This document shows positions 54,682-64,000 of a stretch of DNA of 64,000 bases, piece after piece. The notes under the pieces were generated by a model. The model saw only the letters and a list, made by a program, of their open reading frames with translations, made no database searches and was not told the origin of the DNA. The translations under genes and the position numbers were made by a program. Each line of letters begins with the position of its first letter. Position 1 is the stretch's first letter. The stretch is from positions 5,562-69,561 of the forward strand of contig JAAWHU010000007.1 in assembly GCA_022796015.1 (NCBI GenBank), read 5' to 3'. Source of the DNA: Hungatella sp. (GTDB taxonomy: Bacteria; Bacillota; Clostridia; Lachnospirales; Lachnospiraceae).

Positions 54682-54707
54682 AAATTACGAATACGCTTGG
54701 GCGGACA

Positions 54708-54743
54708 GGGGGCCAGCAGGTGTCATATCACCTGCTGGCCCCC
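54708..54743. terminator. GC-rich hairpin with a 15-bp stem between convergent genes (ABC-F and BCCT). It has no U-tract on either side.
   Basis: GGGGGCCAGCAGGTG-tcatat-CACCTGCTGGCCCCC. Confidence 0.45.
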
Positions 54744-54753
54744 TGCTTGTTCT

Positions 54754-56283
54754 TCAGCCCTTTTTGGCATCCAGATATTCCCCTGCGTCTTTAAAGAAGC
54801 TTCCCACAATAAGGAGAATAATAATCCCTATGGGAAATGCGGCAATGATGGATACGGACTGTAAGTTGGCCATGGAGCTGTCGGAAAAGATCAGGGCTAT
54901 GGGCAGAAGCATGAGAAGGATGGCCCAGAACAACTTGATGTTCTTGTGAGGCTCTTTTCCCTCAGGAAGCTCTTTGTAAGAGTAGGTGGCGGCCACCATG
55001 GTGAGGGCGTCAAAGGAGGTGGCGTAAAAGGCGATCATGGCGACAGCCAGGAGCACAAGGCCTGCCTGAGCCAGGGGAAGAGTTCCCATGATTGTAAGGA
55101 TGATCTCGTAGAGATCACCGGTCTTTTCATAGAGCCCCATGAGATCCAGCCTGCCTGAGGTCTGGAGGCCCAGGCCGTAGCCTCCCAGAATGATAAAGGA
55201 AGTAAAGGTCCCCGCCAGGCCGTAGAAGTAGCCTCCCAGGATCGTCTGGCGGATGGTTCGTCCTTTGCTTATGGCGCCGATGAAAAAGGGGGTTGCCACA
55301 CACCATACCATCCAGTAAGCCCAGTAGAAGATGGTCCAGTTCTGGGGGAAGGAGGAGGTCCTTAAGGAGTCGGTCCAGGTGGACAGGCCTATAAAATTCT
55401 GGACCAGATTCCCCATGGCGGTGATGCCGGTCTCCACAATATATCTGGTTCGGCCGCCTCCCAGCAGGACATAGGCAAGAAGGGCAAAAAACAGGTAAAA
55501 GCAGGAAGCCGCCAGTTTCGCCACCCCTTTCATGCCGAAATATACGGTGACCGTGTAAGTGACGCAGATCACCACCAAAATGACGATGGTCAGAAGATGA
55601 TTCTGCACAAGGCCGAAGACCTTGGCCAGGGCGGCGGACAGGAGGGGGGTGGCAAGGGAGAAAGTAGTAGCCGTTCCGGCCAGCAGAGCAAACACTGCCG
55701 TAAGGTCAATGAGTTTTCCCGGAATGCCATCCACATGACTGCCCAAAAGAGGACGGCATGCTTCGGAATACTTTTGTTTGTTCCGCCTGCGCACATGAAG
55801 CATGAAGCCGAAGGCGGAGGCCAGAACCACGTAAAAACTCCAGGGGATAGGGCCCCAGTGGAATAGAGGGTAGGTGGAGGCCCAGTCCTGCAGTGCTCCC
55901 AGTTCCCTGATTCTCGGCTCTCCGGCATAGAGAATCCATTCGCATAGGGAATAGAACAGGATATCTGCCGCCAGCCCGGCAGTGAACATCATGGAGCCCC
56001 ACTGAAACGAGGAATATTGGGGCTTCTCCCCCTCCCCCAGCCGGATGGCGCCGTATCTGGAGCATGCAATGTAGAGGGAGCACAGAAAGATCCCAAGACC
56101 CATGAGAAGATAACAGCTGCCCAGCTCATTGCCCAGAAAATACCGGACAGATTCCAGGGCGCGGCCTGACCCTGTGGGATTAAAGAAGAACAAGACACAT
56201 AAAAGCAGGATGCATACAAAAGGAATCACGGTGGTGGTCAGATCAATAGGTCCTGTTACAAGTGATGCCAGTTTTTTTTTCAT
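54754..56283 (-). CDS. BCCT-family (betaine/carnitine/choline) transporter.
   Basis: 509 aa, 12 TM helices and BCCT-type Trp-rich segments. RBS is AAAGGAG. Confidence 0.85.
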   Translation of the reverse strand: MKKKLASLVTGPIDLTTTVIPFVCILLLCVLFFFNPTGSGRALESVRYFLGNELGSCYLLMGLGIFLCSLYIACSRYGAIRLGEGEKPQYSSFQWGSMMFTAGLAADILFYSLCEWILYAGEPRIRELGALQDWASTYPLFHWGPIPWSFYVVLASAFGFMLHVRRRNKQKYSEACRPLLGSHVDGIPGKLIDLTAVFALLAGTATTFSLATPLLSAALAKVFGLVQNHLLTIVILVVICVTYTVTVYFGMKGVAKLAASCFYLFFALLAYVLLGGGRTRYIVETGITAMGNLVQNFIGLSTWTDSLRTSSFPQNWTIFYWAYWMVWCVATPFFIGAISKGRTIRQTILGGYFYGLAGTFTSFIILGGYGLGLQTSGRLDLMGLYEKTGDLYEIILTIMGTLPLAQAGLVLLAVAMIAFYATSFDALTMVAATYSYKELPEGKEPHKNIKLFWAILLMLLPIALIFSDSSMANLQSVSIIAAFPIGIIILLIVGSFFKDAGEYLDAKKG

Positions 56284-56463
56284 TAGAAGATCTCCTTTGT
56301 GTTCAAAAAAGTATAAAATAAAATTATATTGAACATAATACCACCCAAACCAGAAATTAGCAAGGGAAAAAATGTGAAGATTTTATGACTTTTTGCAAAA
56401 ACCCCTATAAAAAGAAGAGGTTTTCTTATATAATACATAGGATTGTAAAGGAGGAAAGATAAA

Positions 56464-56997
56464 ATGATAAAGAAATGGTTTCTATTGCTCATGAGCGTTT
56501 GTTTATTGTCAGGATGTACCAAGAGTAATATTATTCCCGATGGAAACGATGAGCAGCCCATGTCAGCAGATGGGATTGTGTGGGATCAGATTTGGGATGA
56601 TATGGAAATGATCTATGAAGATCCGGTGGATTATCCCTTCGTGGAAAGTGTGAACGTAGGCGTTTTTCCAGAAGATAATACCATAAAGTTCTTTCTGATC
56701 TTAAAGGAGGAGATCTCCGTGGAAGAGGCAGAAAGGTATGCCATAACCGTAGTCAAAGGGTTTAATGACCTGATTTGGGCACAGAACAGCAGCTATGCTG
56801 CCTCTGCCGACTTATCCTACGGCGGTTATGTAGAGCAGTTCAATCTCCATGTGGTAGTGACCCTGGAAGAAAATAAAGAGAACCGGGAAGCATGGATTCT
56901 GGAAGACGGCATTCCTGCAGGAACTTACCGGCCCATTGAAGCGGCAGATGAGATGGAGGATGACGGGGAAGAAGAGAGCACAGCAGCAGAATCATAG
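56464..56997 (+). CDS. Lipoprotein with an acidic C-terminus.
   Basis: Signal peptide with the lipobox LLSGC. RBS is AAAGGAGG. Confidence 0.7.
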   Translation: MIKKWFLLLMSVCLLSGCTKSNIIPDGNDEQPMSADGIVWDQIWDDMEMIYEDPVDYPFVESVNVGVFPEDNTIKFFLILKEEISVEEAERYAITVVKGFNDLIWAQNSSYAASADLSYGGYVEQFNLHVVVTLEENKENREAWILEDGIPAGTYRPIEAADEMEDDGEEESTAAES

Positions 56998-57024
56998 GAG
57001 CACTTTCGTTAAGGGCCCGCAAGG

Positions 57025-57060
57025 GGCGCAGGAAAAGGGATCTGCTTTCCTGCGCCTTTT
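57025..57060 (+). terminator. Intrinsic terminator after the lipoprotein gene.
   Basis: GGCGCAGGAAA-agggatctgc-TTTCCTGCGCC followed by TTTT. Confidence 0.7.
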
Positions 57061-57085
57061 CCTGTGTGCCCAAACAAAAGCCTCT

Positions 57086-58060
57086 TTAAACCGGAAGTCC
57101 GCTGTGAAAGGAATAGCTGCCAAGCTCCTGGATGAGGGGAGTGAAATCTCGGTCCTCCGGGGGGAGCTGGGTAACAAGGAGCACATAGATCATATAATAG
57201 ATGGTTCGGCATTTGGCCAGACACTGACGAAACAATTCCGGGAAGGACTGGGCAGATGCCATCTGCCTGTTCCAAGGATTGCACCAGATCTCATGGTCTA
57301 AGTTCAGGCTCCAGCGGGGATTTGCCACCTGATCGGTTACCAGCTTCCGCGATGCTACCGGGTTAGCCAGGAAAATGGACTCGAAAAACTCAATGCTGTT
57401 TCGCTTTTTCCCGGAAGGATCCGACAAGGTGCGGCATCCGAACCTGAGTGCAAGGATGGAGCGGTGGACCATTCTGGGGGTTACCTGAAAATTGTTGCTG
57501 TAGGAAATAGGATAGTAAGCCTGATTGATGCATTCCGAGAGAAGCCTGGAGATAAACTGAAGCTCCTGGCCGTTAAGGCAGATGGTGGCTGCCTGGTTGA
57601 ACTCGGAAGGCTTTTTCTTTTTATATTTGCGCAGGAGAAGGGCGTCAATGTCATTCTCCAGTTCGGCGTGGAGACCGTGATGCTGGCTGTTGGGGTTGCT
57701 GATATCGTACTGGATACGTCCGTAGACATAAGGGTGGCAGATTGAGTCTCCAATATAGTGGTTGATATATCCGCAGAAGTAGGCAAGGGCCTGCTCCCGC
57801 TGCTGCTTGGATGAGATTTGGAACATCTCTTTTAAGTAGACTTGAAAAAACTGGCTGACATTGTGCTCATGCATGTAGGAGCCTACATTGCGGTAATCTC
57901 TGTGGCGGAGAATGGGAATGTTATAAAAGAACATATCAGGGCCCTGAAGCCCAAGCTGGTAAAGCCAGCGGTATTTGGAGATAATATGTTTTAACTGGTT
58001 GGCCGGAAGGTCGTTGTAAGCCTTCATTCCCAGTATATAATGAGTTGTAAATCCGGGCAT
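57086..58060 (-). CDS. Zinc-dependent phospholipase C family protein. It has no signal peptide.
   Basis: HYILG...GPD...HYIGDSICHP motifs of the Zn-PLC fold. RBS is GGGAGG. Confidence 0.7.
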   Translation of the reverse strand: MPGFTTHYILGMKAYNDLPANQLKHIISKYRWLYQLGLQGPDMFFYNIPILRHRDYRNVGSYMHEHNVSQFFQVYLKEMFQISSKQQREQALAYFCGYINHYIGDSICHPYVYGRIQYDISNPNSQHHGLHAELENDIDALLLRKYKKKKPSEFNQAATICLNGQELQFISRLLSECINQAYYPISYSNNFQVTPRMVHRSILALRFGCRTLSDPSGKKRNSIEFFESIFLANPVASRKLVTDQVANPRWSLNLDHEIWCNPWNRQMASAQSFPELFRQCLAKCRTIYYMIYVLLVTQLPPEDRDFTPLIQELGSYSFHSGLPV

Positions 58061-58140
58061 ATGGTACCTCCCTCGAGTATTGTTATGAAAATTATATCAC
58101 AAAAAAACAGAAAGGAAAAGGTTCAATACCGGCTTATGTC

Positions 58141-59526
58141 TCATTGCCTGTGAACAGTAACATAGGGTATCCTCCTGTGGAGGAGGAGAATGGCAGCCAT
58201 GTTGGGGAAGGCCATAAGTCCGTTCCAGATGTCAGACAGCTCCCACACTGCCGTCAGGGTGCTGACACACCCAAGAAATACGGAATAACCATACAAGATG
58301 AGATACCCGATTTTAATCCGGTGGGCAGTTGGGCCGCTGATTTCAATCCGGCTGCCAATCAGGGAGATTACAGCTTCCAGAGTCTGCCTTCCCAGATAAT
58401 ACCAGGCGATCATAGTTGCGAAGGCAAAGACTACCATGGAGCCGGATACCAGATACTGTCCTGTCTTTCCCAGAACCTTCTCAAAGCAGAAGGCAGTGAG
58501 GATTGCCCCATCATGGGTTCCGGCAGCCAGCCCTCTGCTTCCTCCCATAACACAGAGGATTACCAGGGCCGTCATGGTACAGATGACCACAGTGTCAAAA
58601 AAAACTTCAAACATGGCCCACATGCCCTGTTCTTCCGGAGTGGTGTGATCTGTGGCGCCGTGGAGTCCCGCAAGGCTTCCCAGTCCGGCTTCATTGGAGA
58701 AGACACCTCTGGCAATGCCGTACCGGAAGCTCTGCATGATGCCGTACCCGCCCACACCACCCAGAGCAGCTTTGGGAAGAAGGGCATAAGCGAGGATCTC
58801 CCTCAGGGCAGGGAGGATCTGGCTGCGGTACTGGATTAAAACCACGGCGGAAAAAAGGATATAGATGCCTGCCGACACAGGAACCAGCCTCTCGGCCACA
58901 CCGGCCACCCGGCCGGCGCCGCCCCAGGCCACAAACACCACCAGACCCGTAATGACCGCCGCCCACACTACAGGAGGAACTCCTGTAAGATAGCAGAGAG
59001 TCTGAGCGGCAGCATTGGACTGAACCATGCTTCCCATGCCTAAGGAAGCCAGGAGACACAGCATACCATAGATAAGACTTAGTGCCGGGCTTTTAAGACC
59101 TTTTGCAAGGTATACCATGGGGCCGGAGATCCACTGCCCCCGAAAGTCCTGGTAGCGGTAGAGAATGCCCAGGCTGGTCTCTGCATAGGCTGTCATCATT
59201 CCTATGGCTGCCGACACCCACATCCAGAAGATGGCCCCGGGACCTCCCGCCATGAGAGCCGAGGCCACCCCCACAATATTGCCGGTGCCGATGGTGGCGG
59301 CCAGAGCCGTACAGGCCGATTGGATTTTGGTGATGGAATCTGTGTGAAGGCACTGGCCGGGGGTGTTTTTTTGTCTTCTTATGAGGCTTCCTGCCGTGGT
59401 TTTCCACCAAAGGGAAAATCCCGAGAATTGAAATCCTCCTGACTCAACTGTAAAAAAGAGACCGCCCAACAGCAGAATCCCAATGAGCGCCGGCCCCCAT
59501 ACCAATCTGTGTAGTTCATGAATCAT
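58141..59526 (-). CDS. Alanine/glycine:cation symporter (AGCS family).
   Basis: 11-TM AGCS-type protein. The ATG at 59526 has an AAAGGAG RBS. The track's extension to 59631 was rejected. Confidence 0.85.
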   Translation of the reverse strand: MIHELHRLVWGPALIGILLLGGLFFTVESGGFQFSGFSLWWKTTAGSLIRRQKNTPGQCLHTDSITKIQSACTALAATIGTGNIVGVASALMAGGPGAIFWMWVSAAIGMMTAYAETSLGILYRYQDFRGQWISGPMVYLAKGLKSPALSLIYGMLCLLASLGMGSMVQSNAAAQTLCYLTGVPPVVWAAVITGLVVFVAWGGAGRVAGVAERLVPVSAGIYILFSAVVLIQYRSQILPALREILAYALLPKAALGGVGGYGIMQSFRYGIARGVFSNEAGLGSLAGLHGATDHTTPEEQGMWAMFEVFFDTVVICTMTALVILCVMGGSRGLAAGTHDGAILTAFCFEKVLGKTGQYLVSGSMVVFAFATMIAWYYLGRQTLEAVISLIGSRIEISGPTAHRIKIGYLILYGYSVFLGCVSTLTAVWELSDIWNGLMAFPNMAAILLLHRRIPYVTVHRQ

Positions 59527-59698
59527 AATCTGTCTCCTTTTCCTCAGCTGGGAAGCGTGATTCTTATTAATCATGTATTCCTCGGCTGTGCGGACTATTC
59601 CCCTAAATTGTAACCACGTAGCCCTTGACAAGAAAAATAAATATGCAATATACTGCTAGATAATATGTGATAGGTAATCCAGAAGGGAGAGAATAAGC

Positions 59699-60634
59699 AT
59701 GGAATATATATGGCTTGTAACAGGCTTTCTGTTATTGATTAAGGGAGCGGATTTTTTTGTGGAGGGCAGCTCTTCTCTGGCAAAGCTTCTGCGGGTGCCC
59801 AGCATTATCATTGGTCTGACGATTGTTGCTTTTGGAACCAGTGCGCCGGAGCTGGCAGTGAGTCTCTCAGCCTCCTTAGCCGGGAACAACGATATGGCCA
59901 TAGGCAATGTCATCGGGTCCAATGTGTTTAACCTGCTGGTAGTGATCGGGGCCTGCAGCCTTGCGGCGCCTGTAGTTGTGGACAAGAAAGTTCTATACGG
60001 GGACTACCTGTTCGGAATCTTTACGGCGGTAACTATGGTGGCTCTGTTTTTGTGGGATCTTACCTTGAGCAGGCTGGATGGCTGTGTTCTTCTGGGAATA
60101 TTCGGATACTTTCTCTTTCAGATGATAAAGAATACCCTGGCCAGCAGGGCCGTGGGAGGAACCCGGGAGGCGGATGATTTAAAGGCCGGGAATCCCTTTA
60201 AAAATCTGCTGTTTATCGGAGGAGGACTGGCTGCCATTGTCTGGGGCGGAGACCTGGTGGTGGACAATGCCAGCGTGATCGCCGCATCCTTCGGACTGAG
60301 CCAGACCCTTATCGGTCTGACGGTGGTGGCTTTGGGTACATCCCTGCCGGAGCTGGTAACCTCTGTGGTGGCGTCGAAAAAAGGAGAGAACGCCCTTGCC
60401 CTCGGCAATGTCATCGGCTCCAATTTGTTTAATATCCTTCTGGTTCTTGCGGCGTCTGCTGCCATAAGCCCTATGAAAGTGGGTGTTCTTTCGGTGTTTG
60501 ACGGGATGTTCCTTATTCTCTCCAGTTGTCTGGTGTGGTATCTGGCAAGGACAAGGATGGCGATTACCAGAAAAGAGGGTATTTTTATGCTGGGCCTGTA
60601 TGCGGTTTATACGGGATATATTATTATGAGATAA
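59699..60634 (+). CDS. CaCA-family cation:calcium antiporter (YrbG-like).
   Basis: Two alpha-repeat motifs (GTSAPELAVS and GTSLPELVTS). The TTGACA/TATACT promoter lies upstream. Confidence 0.85.
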   Translation: MEYIWLVTGFLLLIKGADFFVEGSSSLAKLLRVPSIIIGLTIVAFGTSAPELAVSLSASLAGNNDMAIGNVIGSNVFNLLVVIGACSLAAPVVVDKKVLYGDYLFGIFTAVTMVALFLWDLTLSRLDGCVLLGIFGYFLFQMIKNTLASRAVGGTREADDLKAGNPFKNLLFIGGGLAAIVWGGDLVVDNASVIAASFGLSQTLIGLTVVALGTSLPELVTSVVASKKGENALALGNVIGSNLFNILLVLAASAAISPMKVGVLSVFDGMFLILSSCLVWYLARTRMAITRKEGIFMLGLYAVYTGYIIMR

Positions 60635-60690
60635 AAAGACAAGATTCGGGTGTCCTTATTGGCAGGGCTTTTGACACCCGAATCAAGACA

Positions 60691-60751
60691 AAAAATTGCG
60701 AAACTCGAAGTTTAGAGAATATTCAACCACGCTTTGAGTTTCGCAATTTTT
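60691..60751. terminator. Bidirectional intrinsic terminator. It is a 15-bp stem with a 31-nt loop. It is related in sequence to the 1368-1570 element.
   Basis: AAAATTGCGAAACTC...GAGTTTCGCAATTTT, flanked by TTTATTTT on the plus strand and AAAAAA on the other side. The loop contains GAGAATATTCAACC. Confidence 0.6.
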
Positions 60752-60946
60752 TATTTTAGGGATAAAAGGGAGGAGAGCTGATAAAGTAACTTTATCAGCT
60801 CGAGTATTATGAAAAAAATCTTATAAGCACTTGCACTGGCTTATCAACTGTTGTTGATGATTAAAGTATATGGGAGAAACATGAAGAAATCATGTTCATT
60901 GTGTAAAAGGTTTTTGAATGATTTTTGAATAAAATATGAACGCCTG

Positions 60947-62140
60947 TTATTTGCATTCCAGCACATTCTTGTAGAAGGTATCCATCTCCTCTTTGGTGTC
61001 AAAGACGGCCACATACATCTGGTTGCCCATGGCGTCTGACAGCACATCAGGAATCCGTTCCACCATTTTCATATGTTCTCCGTATAGTTCCATTATGTCT
61101 GCATGGCTCATGGCAAAATTTTTCCCATCTCTCAGCCCGGCGTATGCACAGTAGGAATGCTGTCCTACGGCTACTGTGGAGCGGCCGTAGGCCACCATAT
61201 CGGCCCAGATTTTGTACACGTTGGTGTTGTGGGCAAAATTGATCATATCGGGAGTAAATCCGCCGCAGGGACGCATGTTGACCTCCAGAGCGATAATCTG
61301 ACCTTTTTTGCCAAGCCCCTTGTGATCCTTGAGGAGGCGGAAAAATTCAAAATGGACGAAACGGCTTTTCACGCCGAAGCTTTTTACTGTGGCCCGCCCG
61401 GCGGCTTTGGTGTCCTTGGACAGCTCTTTTACAATATAGTAAACAGAATTATCGGCGTTATTTACAATATCCATAATGGAGTTAGGGGTCACATTGCCGG
61501 TTTCAAATAAAGGGTCTCCGTTGGCGTCGACGATGGCATCGTAGGAGTTTACCTCGGCGTCAATGAATTCTTCCATGATATAGGGTATCTCCGGCGTTTT
61601 GGTTTCCAGGAATTTTTTAAGCTCCTCATAGCTTGAGAGCTTGTAGGTATGGGAGGCCCCGACGCCGTTGTCAGGCTTTGTAATCACGGGATAATGAACC
61701 TCCTTGATAAACTCCAGGCAGCCCTCCATAGTATCCACCATATGATAGCGGGCGACAGGAATCCCGGCTTTTATATAATACTCCTTCATCTTGGATTTGT
61801 ATTTGATCCGGGGGATGTCCTCTGTCTGGAAACCGCTGGTGATGTGAAATTCCGTGCGCAGCCTGGCATCTCGTTCCAGCCAGTATTCATTGTTGGATTC
61901 CAGCCAGTCGATGTGTCCGTGCTTGAAAATGAGGAAAGCCACAGCCCGGTATACCTCCTCCTCATTTTCCAGACTGTCAACCTTGTAGTATTCATTTAAA
62001 CTGTTCCGTACCTCGTCTGTTAATTCATCATAGGGCTGATCTCCGATTCCCAGAACATTAACGCCATTCTTTTTTAATTCGTAACAGAACTGCCAATAGT
62101 TGGTGGGAAAATTAGGAGAGATAAAAATACAATTTTTCAT
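60947..62140 (-). CDS. ATP-grasp domain protein (carboxylate-amine/thiol ligase type).
   Basis: Pre-ATP-grasp N-terminus, then an ATP-grasp core (YPVITKPDNGVGASHTYKL, EEFIDAEVNSYDAIV, ALEVNMRPCGG). The ATG at 62140 has a GAAGGA RBS. Confidence 0.7.
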   Translation of the reverse strand: MKNCIFISPNFPTNYWQFCYELKKNGVNVLGIGDQPYDELTDEVRNSLNEYYKVDSLENEEEVYRAVAFLIFKHGHIDWLESNNEYWLERDARLRTEFHITSGFQTEDIPRIKYKSKMKEYYIKAGIPVARYHMVDTMEGCLEFIKEVHYPVITKPDNGVGASHTYKLSSYEELKKFLETKTPEIPYIMEEFIDAEVNSYDAIVDANGDPLFETGNVTPNSIMDIVNNADNSVYYIVKELSKDTKAAGRATVKSFGVKSRFVHFEFFRLLKDHKGLGKKGQIIALEVNMRPCGGFTPDMINFAHNTNVYKIWADMVAYGRSTVAVGQHSYCAYAGLRDGKNFAMSHADIMELYGEHMKMVERIPDVLSDAMGNQMYVAVFDTKEEMDTFYKNVLECK

Positions 62141-62176
62141 TATGCATCCTTCTTTCATGGTGATCAATGAATTTCT

Positions 62177-62941
62177 CTAAGCGCCGGTCTGCCCCAGGAG
62201 ATAGGGCACAAAATAGGCGACCTGCTTGTACCACCAGGGCCAGTCGTGGGCACAGTCGTATCCCCAGTAGTCCACCCAGAGATTGATTCCTTTGCTGCGC
62301 AGGACAGAGTCCAGCTGTCTGGTGGATTCCGGAATCTCCCAGGGCCCTTGTCCCACACAGATCACGCCTTTTTTCTGGTTATACAGACTGATATAGGGGT
62401 GGTCGTCAGGCATGTTTGGAAGAAAATGAAGGGGAGAGTTCTCATATACCAGATGGTTCATAAACCCTTGGAACCCATAATCCGCCGTATAGATTCCGCT
62501 GAGAGCCAGGAGACCATCAAAAAGATCGGGGCGGCGCAGGAACAAGGTGGCGGCATGGGTAGCTCCAAGACTGCAGCCAAAGGCAATGACTCCGGTAGAT
62601 TCATCCCGGCTGCCGCGTTCATTGACCATGGCCTCCATAAAAGGAACCAACTCGTCGGTTATATAGCGGAACCACTGTTCATGGCGCCAGATTCTCCAGC
62701 CCGGATCTCCTCTTTTGTTGGACCAAGTCTCCTGATCTATGGTATCGATGGAGAAGACCATAACCTGACCGGATTCAATCCAGGGAGACCACACGCCTGC
62801 CATATGATAATTCTCAAAATCAAAAAAATGTCCGTCCTGACAGGGGATAAACAAAACCGGCCTTCCCCCATGTCCGTAAACCTTGCATTCCATATCCCGG
62901 TTCAGGGCAGGGCTGTAATGTTTAAAATACTGTACTTCCAT
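62177..62941 (-). CDS. Alpha/beta-hydrolase 'putative esterase' family protein.
   Basis: GCSLGATHA nucleophile elbow. RBS is AGGAGGAAG. 254 aa. Confidence 0.75.
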   Translation of the reverse strand: MEVQYFKHYSPALNRDMECKVYGHGGRPVLFIPCQDGHFFDFENYHMAGVWSPWIESGQVMVFSIDTIDQETWSNKRGDPGWRIWRHEQWFRYITDELVPFMEAMVNERGSRDESTGVIAFGCSLGATHAATLFLRRPDLFDGLLALSGIYTADYGFQGFMNHLVYENSPLHFLPNMPDDHPYISLYNQKKGVICVGQGPWEIPESTRQLDSVLRSKGINLWVDYWGYDCAHDWPWWYKQVAYFVPYLLGQTGA

Positions 62942-63005
62942 ACACTTGCTTCCTCCTGGCTTTCTATCGATGCTTTTTTGGCGGCATCCGCCGGCATGAA
63001 ACGGC

Positions 63006-63773
63006 TTAAGACTGTCCGTACATAAGCGTTTTCATAAAAAAGGGAATCTGCCTCTCCCAGCTGGCCTCACAATGCTCCCCATCAGGGACAATGCGGCAGT
63101 TTGTAAAGATCTGCCGTTCCATAAGAAGCGACACCATCTTTCCAAAGCTGTGGATCATATTGGAATGGTTGTGAAGCTCCTTTGAGCCATAATCCATATA
63201 CAGGGTGGTGTTAGGGTGGATTCTTGCATGACGGATCAGATCAGATAGTTTGTCAGGATCCACCCAGAGGGATGGGGATAGAGCGGCAGCCTTGGAAAAA
63301 TAGCGGTTGTATTCCAGCAGCGCATACAGACTCATAAGCCCCCCCATGGAACTGCCTGCAATAAAGGTGTGCTCCCGGTCAGGGATGGTGCGGACCATAG
63401 AGTCGATCTCCGGCTTGAACTTGTGGATCAGCCATTCCATGGTGATCCTGCCCCACCCGGGGATCTGGCCTAACTGAGGATCCCGGAAGGCATAGGGGGA
63501 ATACTCCTTCAGACGTCCGTGATCCGGACTGTGGTTGCATTCCACTGCGGCGATAATCAGGGGAACCCGGTGCTCCTCCATAAATTCCTTCATGCCCCAG
63601 CTTTTGCCATAGGTAGCATCAGAATCAAAAAATACATTGTGACCATCAAACATATAAAGAACGGGATAATGCCGGTCAGGTGCATCATCATAATAATCCG
63701 GAAGACACAGATAGGCCCGCCTTGTCTCGCTGCCTGTCAGCTCCGGAATGGTTATATCCCACTTCTCTACCAT
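63006..63773 (-). CDS. Alpha/beta-hydrolase 'putative esterase' family protein. It is a second, divergent copy.
   Basis: GSSMGGLMS nucleophile elbow. The ATG at 63773 has a GGAGG RBS. The ATG at 63785 has none. Confidence 0.75.
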   Translation of the reverse strand: MVEKWDITIPELTGSETRRAYLCLPDYYDDAPDRHYPVLYMFDGHNVFFDSDATYGKSWGMKEFMEEHRVPLIIAAVECNHSPDHGRLKEYSPYAFRDPQLGQIPGWGRITMEWLIHKFKPEIDSMVRTIPDREHTFIAGSSMGGLMSLYALLEYNRYFSKAAALSPSLWVDPDKLSDLIRHARIHPNTTLYMDYGSKELHNHSNMIHSFGKMVSLLMERQIFTNCRIVPDGEHCEASWERQIPFFMKTLMYGQS

Positions 63774-64000
63774 AACTGCCTCCATTCATCGGTTTTGTTA
63801 AATATAGCATAAGGAAAAGCAAATATCAAGATTTGATTGATTTATCGGTGCGCAAGTTTAAAGCAGTAAAATGATAACGATTGACATTTTGAAAGGACGG
63901 ATTAGAAAAAAGATAAGAAGCAATGGAGAGGAAATTGGGATATTATTATAAAAAAACACTTAAAAATTAGGAAATATATAAAAATATAAGCAAAAAAACA

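Noticed and set aside
57086-58060. Zn-dependent phospholipase C as a possible toxin.
   Set aside because: It has no signal peptide and no C-terminal PLAT or membrane-binding domain like C. perfringens alpha-toxin. It looks like the common intracellular PLC-fold family in Firmicutes.
1-64000. Search for CRISPR arrays, tRNA or rRNA genes, and transposases, integrases or phage genes.
   Set aside because: There are no regularly spaced direct repeats, no cloverleaf-compatible conserved tRNA boxes in the few intergenic gaps over 100 nt, and no ORF with transposase, recombinase or phage hallmarks. The glycan locus is not flanked by mobility genes, so I do not call an island.

Overview
This is a 64 kb chromosomal segment from a Gram-positive anaerobe, probably a Clostridia/Lachnospiraceae-type organism. 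The evidence is AGGAGG-type ribosome-binding sites, TTGACA-17-TATAAT promoters, a CIRCE operator and a rubredoxin/ferredoxin/PerR gene set. It is densely coding, with about 55 protein genes. I found no tRNA, rRNA, CRISPR, transposase or integrase. The main blocks are listed below in order.

1. 1-17 kb: oxygen-stress and redox genes. These are a Fur-family PerR-like regulator with two 7-1-7 boxes on its own promoter, an SDR, a flavin-reductase::rubredoxin fusion, a rubredoxin, a ferredoxin and a 4Fe-4S membrane protein. They sit alongside clpB behind a CIRCE operator, LysR, MATE, an anion permease, a C45 acyltransferase, ansA and cls.

2. 17.6-24.5 kb: plsC, pheA, a DUF815 AAA ATPase, ppx and ppk1.

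3. 24.7-34.9 kb: a tightly overlapping array. It holds an OmpR response regulator, an intramembrane histidine kinase, an 821-aa exported protein, an ABC-2 transporter, a zinc-ribbon membrane protein, an SPFH protein with a double zinc ribbon, a zinc-ribbon membrane protein and a TPM-domain protein. The last three resemble B. subtilis YdjG/H/I. This is my best candidate for an undescribed envelope-stress system.

4. 34.9-48.7 kb: a surface-glycan locus. It combines GDP-D-glycero-alpha-D-manno-heptose genes (hddC, hddA, gmhB, gmhA), CDP-3,6-dideoxyhexose genes (rfbF, rfbG, rfbH, but no E3 reductase in the window), LicD, two GT2 enzymes (one GtrB/CsbB-like) and three large polytopic membrane proteins of unknown family.

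5. 48.8-64 kb: an XRE regulator, a ThrE-family exporter pair, pyrC, moeA, an ABC-F ATPase, BCCT, a lipoprotein, a Zn-dependent PLC, an alanine:cation symporter, CaCA, and an ATP-grasp ligase followed by two esterases.

The non-coding features are these:
- a roughly 200-nt nested inverted-repeat element between perR and the SDR gene, with a related mini-copy forming a bidirectional terminator near 60.7 kb;
- several intrinsic terminators;
- many ATGA or TAATG start/stop overlaps, which indicate translational coupling.

All calls rest on reading the translations and sequence motifs. I ran no database search.
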